This document shows positions 57,501-64,000 of a DNA stretch of 64,000 bases, piece after piece. The notes under the pieces were generated by a model, which had not been told where the DNA came from, ran no database searches, and worked only from the letters and a program-made list of their open reading frames with translations. The position numbers were made by a program, and so were the translations under genes. This stretch comes from Candidatus Latescibacterota bacterium (lineage in GTDB: Bacteria; Latescibacterota; UBA2968; UBA8231), in contig OZ241362.1 in the NCBI GenBank assembly GCA_965200315.1, positions 2,016,001 to 2,080,000 on the forward strand, in the 5' to 3' direction. The first letter of the stretch is position 1, and every line of letters begins with the position of its first letter.

Positions 57501-57856
57501 TCGTACTCGGTATCGGCCGCGGAGTGGATGCCCACAAACCCACCGCCGCCGCGAATGTAGCGCTCGAAAGCTCGCTCTTGCTCAGCGGCCAGTACATCGC
57601 CGGTCGTATTGAGGAAAATCACCGCCCGATACGGCGCCAAGCCCTCGTCGGTGAAACGCTCCGCGTCCTCGGTGGCCTCGACTGCAAAGCCGTTTTCCCG
57701 GCCCAAGGTCTGGACCGCGGCAATGCCGTCGGCAATGGAATCGTGGCGGAAACCAGCGGTTTTGGTAAAGACCAAGACGGCTACATGCTGTTCTGCAAGG
57801 GCCTGCCCACAAAGAGCGGCGCACAACAGCGCAACAGGCCAAAGAGCGGCCGGCAT
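54503..57856 (-). CDS. secreted ThuA-like + glucose/sorbosone dehydrogenase + PKD + CBM6 protein with T9SS-type-A-like tail
   Basis: VLVFTKTAGFRHDSI/GGGHT (ThuA); CCHSGGALAFGPDG, GVRNPFR (GSDH); APLEVHFSGSNSFDPD (PKD); GDWISF...TGAWQVY (CBM6); PYPNPFNP...SGVYIARL. Confidence 0.85.
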   Translation of the reverse strand: MPAALWPVALLCAALCGQALAEQHVAVLVFTKTAGFRHDSIADGIAAVQTLGRENGFAVEATEDAERFTDEGLAPYRAVIFLNTTGDVLAAEQERAFERYIRGGGGFVGIHSAADTEYDWAWYGDLVGAYFDSHPAIQQAQIQVADRVHPATSHLSARWQRRDEWYNYRRNPRGRVHVLATLDEGSYRGGNHGFDHPIAWCHDYEGGRSWYTGGGHTRESYGEPLFMQHILGGIEYATGVTVADCGATLDTNFAKVVLDSEAENPIDLAVAPDGRVFFIERKGELNVYRPDLGLTRLAGQLAVSTDFEDGLLGIALDPDFVRNNWLYLFYSPRGEEAKQHVSRFELDGDELVLDSEVVLLEIPTQRRACCHSGGALAFGPDGNLHIGVGDNTNPFDSDGFSPLDERPGRSDWDAQRTSANSADLRGKILRIKSQDDGSYSIPPGNLFAKAEEGRPEIYVMGVRNPFRLSIDRKSGWLYWGDVGPDARQADPQRGPIGLDEWNQARGAGNFGWPYCIGDNEAYVDYDFANESSGMPFDCGAPRNLSPNNTGLQSLPPAQAAWVWYPYGPSSAFPEITADSGRTALAGPVYYYDAAAGSKKLPAYYDGTLFMYEWASNWIKEVKLDEDGHILKINPFLDGMEFIRPISMQFGPDGSLYVLEWGSGFWGDNDDARVVRIDYVRGTRAPVSRVEAVPTNGAAPLEVHFSGSNSFDPDPGSVLDFAWDFTGDGEIDATGLEVVFTYEVSGDYIAQLTVSDAEGNQGVAQVPISVGNTVPQVEIVRPPDGGFFSWGEVVDFEVRAFDEEDGTADCARVVLQAFIGHDEHSHPLEEYGTCSGSFQTEAGHGGDGDDLFYTVEARYTDLGAESVAPLTGRGGHILQPKRKQAEHYTRQSGVLLETTGDEAGGGQNIGFIAHGDWISFAPVNLEGIEWLNYRVASAGLGGRIEVRVDSPKGPPISTVRTSGTGAWQVYTNLEAPIADPGGTHELFFIFLRNPGDDGLFNINWIDFQGPGVSRPPATSIDAESSSQGPLPGQPILYPPYPNPFNPMVHIRFMLPERMAVRLEVFDILGQRVDVVVNEGLDGGSHAVRFDRADLASGVYIARLTTPGGVLVRRMVLLR

Positions 57857-57880
57857 GATTTGCACGATTCGGAATCCTAT

Positions 57881-57907
57881 TCTGCGTCTATCTGCGTCCA
57901 TCTGCGG
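57881..57907. repeat. short tandem 10-mer TCTGCGTC(T/C)A
   Basis: tctgcgtcta tctgcgtcca tctgcgg in the intergenic gap. Confidence 0.6.
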
Positions 57908-57927
57908 ATCATCTCGTACATCTCTTT

Positions 57928-59886
57928 TCAAAACATCCGAATCCTATTCCCGGTCATACCCGTAAACCCATCGACGACCATCCAGAATCCCCCGGCGACG
58001 AACTGTCCCAACACCATGCCGATGAAAAACCACCGCGTCGCCTTGTACCCATTCGGTCCAGTGTACTTCAACACGAGTGCCTTGACCAGCCACGCGAGAA
58101 AAATGCTAAACCAGACGCTGTTGAGGATCCAAGTGCCGCTGGCCAGATAACCTAGCGGGTGGAAGGGCCACCACAAAAGGTGGTGCCGCGCCCAAATCAA
58201 CAGCGCCATAATCGCCGCGCCGACTCCGTTCCACAGCCAGCCGTCCCAATTGGGGCCAGTCGGGTTGAGCGCAAAGTTTTGCGCCACGCGAAACGGCTCC
58301 TTGGCAAACCACGCCCACGAGCCATGGTAGTTGTTGGCTCCGTAGTGGTAGCTCAGCACGAGGATCGTATAAACCCCACCCACGAGGCCAATGGCCATGG
58401 CCAGCCCAATCATCGCGAGGATGCGGCGCTTGTAGCGGCTCAGTCCGTGCAACATGCGAATGCCGTTGGCGCAGGGGGCCATCATAAAGACCAGCAGATC
58501 GCCAGCCCAAGCGAGGGTCATCCCCGTAGCCAGCACCCCGGCCACTCCGAGGGACGAGGAGCCGACGCTGGAGATGAGAAAGCCGCAACCCGACATGCCT
58601 TGGACGGCCGCGGCCAAGCCGGCCTCGACGATCATCCGCGTCAGGGCCAAAAAGATGACAAACGCCCCGAACAGATAGACGAATACCGCCCACAGCGGTA
58701 TCCCAGAGTGCCACAGCCACAGCGACATAACCGCGAGGCCCAGCACAACGCCGAGGATGGCCGTGCGGTACGACATCAGCTCCTCGCCATCGGACCGCCC
58801 CTCCCGCCGCCAGAGATGCTGCACAACGCGCCACAGGTGGATGCGCGCCGTCCACAGCCCCAAAATCACCATGACGATCATCGCGCCCATGGTCTGATGG
58901 CTCAGCAGGCCCATGGTCGGCCCCTCAAAAGTGTGGCTGAAGATGTCGAGATTTTCGGTGCTCAAGATGCCGATGCGGGTGAAGAGCACCTCCTCGGCTT
59001 TGACCAACAAGTAGAAGAACCACAGGCTGAAAGTGATGTTGGCATTGACCAGATAGGCCAGTCCCATCCACATGCAGTCGAAGCGCAAGTAAAACCGCAC
59101 CGCGTCATGGGCCAACGGTATCGAATAAGCAAAATTGATGCGACCGATGAACTCATAGTAGTGGCTCAAGGCATTGACCCCGTGCAGAACAAACGGCACG
59201 GCCAGCCCCAGCCACATCGCGGGATTCTTTAGAAAGGGTTTGACGCGCGAGGGCGTCGCCGCGTCCTCAACCATGCCCAGCGGCACCTGCGTCAGCGGGT
59301 ATAGCAACCGCTCGTGGTCCATCCACTGCCGCCGCAAGATGACCATCGAACACACGACGACCACGTAAAACGCAGCCATAAACAGAAGCCACCACAAAAG
59401 CGGCTCCAACCAAACGCCCCAAGGAATCGCCGCACCTTCCGGCAGGCCCTCGTAAAAACCTTGAATGGCTTGGGCATCGTAGGGAATGAGCCAAGTGGGG
59501 ACGTGCGGGAGGAGCAACTCCTCCCAGTTGTTTTCCGGGCTGGCAAAGTAGAAGATGCCAGTCAGAATCGGCACCGCAATGCTGATGAAACCCCGTGCGG
59601 CAATGGCGGTGGTAATCATCATCATCACTGCAATGCTCAACAGCTCGGCGCGACTAAAAAGCCAGTCCGGCCGCACCAAGCCGAGCAGCGGCTGCACGAG
59701 AGCCACGAGCAAAAATAGCAGAAAAAAGGCGGCTGGCGTCGAGGAATTCAGCCCGAGTTGGGTGCCGTTGAGGACGAACTCCCCGTATGGCAGGCCCACG
59801 GCAATCGCGCCGCACAGCACGGCCCCCACGAGCACAGCGCGTACGCTGATTCCAGCGCGGTCCGCGGATTTCCTCGAAGCGTCCAT
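57928..59886 (-). CDS. polytopic membrane protein, DUF6785/DUF6784-like
   Basis: YFASPENNW, ILRRQWMDHERLLYPL, WWPFHPLGY, FFIGMVLGQ; paralog of 23315. Confidence 0.7.
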   Translation of the reverse strand: MDASRKSADRAGISVRAVLVGAVLCGAIAVGLPYGEFVLNGTQLGLNSSTPAAFFLLFLLVALVQPLLGLVRPDWLFSRAELLSIAVMMMITTAIAARGFISIAVPILTGIFYFASPENNWEELLLPHVPTWLIPYDAQAIQGFYEGLPEGAAIPWGVWLEPLLWWLLFMAAFYVVVVCSMVILRRQWMDHERLLYPLTQVPLGMVEDAATPSRVKPFLKNPAMWLGLAVPFVLHGVNALSHYYEFIGRINFAYSIPLAHDAVRFYLRFDCMWMGLAYLVNANITFSLWFFYLLVKAEEVLFTRIGILSTENLDIFSHTFEGPTMGLLSHQTMGAMIVMVILGLWTARIHLWRVVQHLWRREGRSDGEELMSYRTAILGVVLGLAVMSLWLWHSGIPLWAVFVYLFGAFVIFLALTRMIVEAGLAAAVQGMSGCGFLISSVGSSSLGVAGVLATGMTLAWAGDLLVFMMAPCANGIRMLHGLSRYKRRILAMIGLAMAIGLVGGVYTILVLSYHYGANNYHGSWAWFAKEPFRVAQNFALNPTGPNWDGWLWNGVGAAIMALLIWARHHLLWWPFHPLGYLASGTWILNSVWFSIFLAWLVKALVLKYTGPNGYKATRWFFIGMVLGQFVAGGFWMVVDGFTGMTGNRIRMF

Positions 59887-59900
59887 AGAGAGCTGCTCGC

Positions 59901-60158
59901 TCAGCGTAGTGCGACTCGCCGCCCCTCGGCCGCAGCTACCTCAGCACCCAGCCCGGTGCGGATGGCTTCGAGATCCCCATCCAAGTCGGCGCGGTTATGA
60001 GCCAGCAACTCCACCTCGTACCGCTGGGCTAGTTCGGCCCCGGTGCGCGCGTTGCGGGCCGCTAGTGCCGTTAGCTTACAGGCCTCCATGGCCGCAAAGG
60101 CGGCCCGATTTCGGGCCATGCCACCCGCCCCAACCAAACCCAAGCGAATAGCTTCCAT
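59901..60158 (-). pseudogene. Gfo/Idh/MocA oxidoreductase with the middle deleted
   Basis: IRLGLVGAGGMA Rossmann start joined in frame to a C-terminal helix DLEAIRTGLGAEVAAAEGRRVAL; only 85 aa. Confidence 0.7.
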
Positions 60159-60342
60159 TTGCCAAAATTCCTTGCCAAAATTTTCGGATTCCAACTGCCG
60201 TTTAAGTATGTCTCTTGGCCGTCACCGTGTCCACTTGGGCCTGCTTTTAATTTGTGTCGCATAGGTGGCAATTATATATTTAGCCCTATCATTAGCTTGC
60301 AAAGGCTGCAAGTTCGCTCAAACCATTGAAAGGAGAGCAAGC

Positions 60343-61269
60343 ATGAGGTTACTGATTGCCTGCGGCTTTAGCCTAGCCTTAATCGGCACCGCAAACGCCC
60401 AGTTCAACGATCCGCCGGCCCTCGAAAATCGCAACGGCCGGCTCGGCTTTGAGTTTTACATGCTCGAAGTCCCCGATCCCAGCGCTATGACGGCCGACGG
60501 CGACGCCAGCGACTGGGGCTGGTTCGACCCCGAATACACCCTCACCATGGATGAATGGCGCGACGAAGCGGATCGTCCCCTGCCCGAGCGCGACGACTAC
60601 AACGTCACCACCCTCATGGGTTGGAAGGGCGGCGATGTCAACCGCTGGTACGTACACATGGAAATTGTCGACGACGTCCTCTGCCACTGGGGCACCAACG
60701 TCGAGCAATGGCACGCCGACATGATCGAGTTTGCCCTCGATCCGACGGATCACGGCCGCGAATTCGGCACTGGTTGGGTCATGGAATACATCGCCCGCCC
60801 GGGCGACATGGTCCCGCCGCAGAACGTGCGCTATCGCTGGACCGGCCCAGATGGGTGGCTGGAAAACAACGAAGTCATCGAGTTCGCCGTCCGCGTCGAT
60901 CCGCCCGAAGCCTGGGCCGCTGAAGTATGGGACGCTGGTGGTACCACGTATTACGAGTGGAACTACGAGGTCAAGAGGTTCATGGAAGACGGCGGGCCAG
61001 CGGCCAGCGAGACCGTCCAATTAGACGACCTCGCCGGGGAAGCCGGCGCGGGCATAGCCTTCAACCTGTGGGCTGAGGACAGCGAGCCAACAGAAGACGA
61101 CGGCGACCGCGCCTCTTCAGTGGTCAACGACATGACCACGCGCGGCCCCGAAGCCTCGGCGCGGCAGTACTACGCTCATGCCCTGCTGCTGCGCAGCGGC
61201 GAGTACGCTGCGGCAACAGCCGTCGAAGAGTCAACTTGGGCGCAGATCAAGGACTCCTTCCGCCGCTAA
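60343..61269 (+). CDS. secreted CBM9/DOMON-like protein with ATAVEESTWAQIK tail
   Basis: ATG 60343 after AAGGAG; signal peptide (TANA); MTADGDASDW, MGW...NRWYV, DMIEFALDP, YYEW. Confidence 0.6.
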   Translation: MRLLIACGFSLALIGTANAQFNDPPALENRNGRLGFEFYMLEVPDPSAMTADGDASDWGWFDPEYTLTMDEWRDEADRPLPERDDYNVTTLMGWKGGDVNRWYVHMEIVDDVLCHWGTNVEQWHADMIEFALDPTDHGREFGTGWVMEYIARPGDMVPPQNVRYRWTGPDGWLENNEVIEFAVRVDPPEAWAAEVWDAGGTTYYEWNYEVKRFMEDGGPAASETVQLDDLAGEAGAGIAFNLWAEDSEPTEDDGDRASSVVNDMTTRGPEASARQYYAHALLLRSGEYAAATAVEESTWAQIKDSFRR

Positions 61270-61346
61270 ACCTTAACATCTCGAAGCGGCTTCGCGGCAA
61301 AACGCCGTAGCAGAGTCGCTCCCCCTCACATCGAGAATTCTCTTTA

Positions 61347-61382
61347 GGGCGGGTGCGCGTTATCAGGTGCCCGCCCACTTTT
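61347..61382 (+). terminator. intrinsic terminator-like hairpin
   Basis: gggcgggtgc-loop-gtgcccgccc followed by actttt. Confidence 0.55.
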
Positions 61383-61397
61383 GCATCTTTACCGGCG

Positions 61398-61441
61398 TCG
61401 CGTTGGTAGGGATGGCCGGCTGGTCGCCCCTACCAACGCGA
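61398..61441. repeat. GTAG-type REP-like palindrome
   Basis: tcgcgttggtaggg...ccctaccaacgcga 14-bp stem; minus strand reads GTAGGGGCGACCAGCCGGCCATCCCTAC. Confidence 0.65.
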
Positions 61442-61474
61442 TACGTAACGTCAGTTAGGTAGAGAAAACGTACA

Positions 61475-62188
61475 ATGCGCGTATGGATAGCGGTACTCAT
61501 CTTACTCGCTAGCGGCTGTGGACGCTATTTTCCCCAACCCCTGCGGCCCACGCCCCAACAGGCCGAAGGCCTGACCGTCAACGACGACGGCTCGGTCACC
61601 TACGCGCTCGAGCGGCTGGCCATCACCCTAAGGGCAATGACCGACGCCGAACTCAACCGGCAATTCCCCCAAGCCTCGACCGGCGGGGCCGCGGCAGTCA
61701 ATCCCTATACCTTTGGCGATTGGGTCCCACCCGGCGACGACTGGACGCCTTCCCGCTTTCTGGTGATGAAACTAGGCGTCGCCAATTACCAGTTCCCCAA
61801 GGTCGTCATCGACCCTCTCAAAGCCACGATCAAAGCGGCCAACAATCAAATCTACCGAGCCTTGAGCTACGCCGAGCTGTACGAATACTACCGATCGTAT
61901 TGGCAGGCCAACTCCGGCCAAGGCCGAATCGAATTCAGGACACGCACCGACATTCTCAAGCAAACCATGTTCACCGATGCCTTCATCTTCAGCGGCCGCG
62001 ACGAGGAAGGGTACATCGTCTTTCCCCGTTTGGACGCCGAAATACAGAGCATCCAAGTGGAAATCGCCGACATCGCCATCCGCTTCAATTTCGACAACGA
62101 ACCCGTGGAGACCATTGACCTCAGCGTCTCTTTTGAGCGCGAGGTGCTCAGGGGGAACGCGCCCCATAGCGCGGTTCCATTGAACTGA
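61475..62188 (+). CDS. hypothetical lipoprotein
   Basis: Lipobox LLASGC; 237 aa, beta-rich; stop overlaps the next ATG (TGATG). Confidence 0.75.
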   Translation: MRVWIAVLILLASGCGRYFPQPLRPTPQQAEGLTVNDDGSVTYALERLAITLRAMTDAELNRQFPQASTGGAAAVNPYTFGDWVPPGDDWTPSRFLVMKLGVANYQFPKVVIDPLKATIKAANNQIYRALSYAELYEYYRSYWQANSGQGRIEFRTRTDILKQTMFTDAFIFSGRDEEGYIVFPRLDAEIQSIQVEIADIAIRFNFDNEPVETIDLSVSFEREVLRGNAPHSAVPLN

Positions 62189-64000
62189 TGATCATGCGCC
62201 CCCTCTGCTCTCTTCCGCTTGGCCGCGGCGTCGCTGTCTGCATGTTGTTAGGGCTGGGGGTGCGGCTGGGGCTGGCCGAGGTGGAAACATACCACCTCGG
62301 CCGCGGCGGTTTGTCATGGGCTTCTCAAGCGGATATCCAAAACGGAACCGTAGGGGTAGAGGGCGCACTGCAGCCGCTGGAGTTGCGCAGCGGCCAGAAC
62401 CTGATGGAGTTGCTGCGGGACGCAGGTCAGACTTGGCTCAACGGCAGCCCCAGCGACTTCACCAAGCCCGGGCAGCCGCGCACTTGGTCCAACGACGGCC
62501 CCTTCAACCAAGTAAAGGGACCCCTACAGCTCGTTGACGGCGATCCTTCTAGCTCGTCCGAAGGCGCATTCCGCACGGCGCGCAACCAAGCGGGGGCCAC
62601 GTTTTTCTGGGATCTCGGCGCTCCTTTTCCCATAGACCGTGTGCGCTTTGCCCCAGCACCTAGTGAGCTAGATTGGTTTATCAAGGCATTTGAACTGCGG
62701 GTGAGCGACGGCGAGCAGTTCGACGAGGTCAAGCGGCCCGTCTATCGCCTGCTGAGCCGCGTCGAGGACAACAAGGACCCAGTAGTCGAGCTTTCCTTCA
62801 AGGGAGTGCAGGGGCGCTTCTTCCAGCTCAAGGTGCTCTCGCGCAATCCCTTCAACCTCGCGGAGTTTGAAGTGTACGGCGAGGGATTCGTGCCGGTGTC
62901 CAGCTATGTCTCGCAGCTCCATTCCTTTGGGCGGCCCGTGAATTTCGGGCGGCTCGTGCTGCGGGCCGAGCGGTTGGACCGCGGCTCAGCAGGCGACACC
63001 GCGATCGTGCGCTTGCAGCTACGCAGCGGCATGGACGACACCCCCATAGCCTACTTTCGCCGCGACCGCGACACCGGCGTCCGCGAAGAAATATCTCTGT
63101 CCGAGTACAACAATCTGCCCAGACGCGCCCTGTACCGTCGCGATCCCGACACGGGAGCCGTGCTAGGAGAAGTAACTCGGACCGAGTATCTCTCGCTGCC
63201 GTTGGCCGAGGTCGGGCCAGCGCGCGACTTTGTGCAAGCCGACATCCGCGAAGACGTGGAGAATTGGAGTAGCTGGACTCCACCGCTGCAACTCGATTCG
63301 TCGGCGACGGTCGTCATGCCGTTAGAGCTGCCAAGCCCGCGCGAATTCTTGCAATTCCGCGTCTTTTTTGACGGACGCGCTGCGACCACCATGCGCCTCG
63401 ATAGCTTGGTGGTAGAGTTTTCTCCTCGGCTGGTCAGCACGGCCGTCGGCGAAGTCGCATTGGCCACTGATCCCAATCCCGCCGGCGGTATATTGGCCGT
63501 TCCGAGCGGAATCGATACCTCCTTTGTCTGCGACATCCTCACCCAATTCGACGAAGACGATCTAGCGGGCTTTCGCGGCCTCAAGCTCACCGCCTTTCCA
63601 CCGCCCGTTTTTGAGCGACTGCAAATGGGCGATCCCCTCGTCGGGGTTGCAAACGCCGAAGTCGAGCCTATCGCCGAGGGTTTTCACGTCTTTTTCCCGC
63701 CAGTGACGCGCCAAAACAACCAGCCCATGCGACTGACCTTTAGGCTGCGGCTTTTGGAGTACCATACGCCGCTGAACGCCTTCTTGCTGGGCGCCGACGA
63801 TGTGCCACCACATCCGATTGTGGCCGGCAATGCCAGTGCCGAGGTGGGAACGGGGTCCATCCATATTTTCGCCGCAAGCGCCACGCCCTCAATCGAAGCC
63901 CTCCTGTCGACCTCCGTGCTCACGCCCAACGGCGATGGGATCAACGACGCGGTCGAAGTCGCCGCCGTGCTGACGCAATTTGCCGGCGAGGTGCCGCTGG
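62188..64000 (+). CDS. secreted TPNGDGxND/FlgD-family protein (paralog D), runs off window end
   Basis: Absent from the ORF track because it has no stop in the window. MIMRPLCS...signal; WDLGAPFPIDRVRFAP, NLAEFEVYGEGFVP, LQLRSG, NWSSWTPP, PSPREFLQ, LTPNGDGIND. Confidence 0.8.
   Translation, partial: MIMRPLCSLPLGRGVAVCMLLGLGVRLGLAEVETYHLGRGGLSWASQADIQNGTVGVEGALQPLELRSGQNLMELLRDAGQTWLNGSPSDFTKPGQPRTWSNDGPFNQVKGPLQLVDGDPSSSSEGAFRTARNQAGATFFWDLGAPFPIDRVRFAPAPSELDWFIKAFELRVSDGEQFDEVKRPVYRLLSRVEDNKDPVVELSFKGVQGRFFQLKVLSRNPFNLAEFEVYGEGFVPVSSYVSQLHSFGRPVNFGRLVLRAERLDRGSAGDTAIVRLQLRSGMDDTPIAYFRRDRDTGVREEISLSEYNNLPRRALYRRDPDTGAVLGEVTRTEYLSLPLAEVGPARDFVQADIREDVENWSSWTPPLQLDSSATVVMPLELPSPREFLQFRVFFDGRAATTMRLDSLVVEFSPRLVSTAVGEVALATDPNPAGGILAVPSGIDTSFVCDILTQFDEDDLAGFRGLKLTAFPPPVFERLQMGDPLVGVANAEVEPIAEGFHVFFPPVTRQNNQPMRLTFRLRLLEYHTPLNAFLLGADDVPPHPIVAGNASAEVGTGSIHIFAASATPSIEALLSTSVLTPNGDGINDAVEVAAVLTQFAGEVPL

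Noticed and set aside
278-63944. Numerous long overlapping alternative-frame ORFs (e.g. 23248-24414, 55702-56817, 58159-59232)
   Set aside because: Arg/Pro/Ala-rich shadow ORFs expected in high-GC DNA, overlapping well-supported genes.

Overview
GC-rich chromosomal window from a diderm heterotrophic bacterium. The secreted proteins with FlgD/T9SS-like tails and AVE..(S/T)W..IK tails suggest a Latescibacterota/Poribacteria-type genome (inference). The left third holds catabolic enzymes (PrpD, enolase-family racemase, Gfo/Idh/MocA, AKR, amidohydrolases, PhyH, lactonase), transporters, several intact or decayed toxin-antitoxin modules, and an IS1-family element carrying a 2.9-kb secreted metalloprotease-like passenger. 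The main unexplained feature is an ~18-kb minus-strand operon (27.7-46.1 kb). It encodes a SurA/PpiC lipoprotein, three paralogous secreted TPNGDG/FlgD-tail proteins, two paralogous ~890-aa probable outer-membrane barrels, a TPR lipoprotein and a CBM9-like protein. An orphan family-5 binding protein and two DUF6785/6784-like membrane proteins flank it, and a second related cluster starts at 60.3 kb. Together these may form an undescribed envelope import or surface system. A 4.4-kb decayed type I R-M/Fic island is bounded by a duplication of a gene 3' end and contains a second nested 37-bp duplication. Two MITEs share TIRs and each holds a REP-like hairpin. Several genes have lost their middles. 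No rRNA, tRNA or CRISPR array was seen. All calls come from reading the sequence by eye; no database searches were run.
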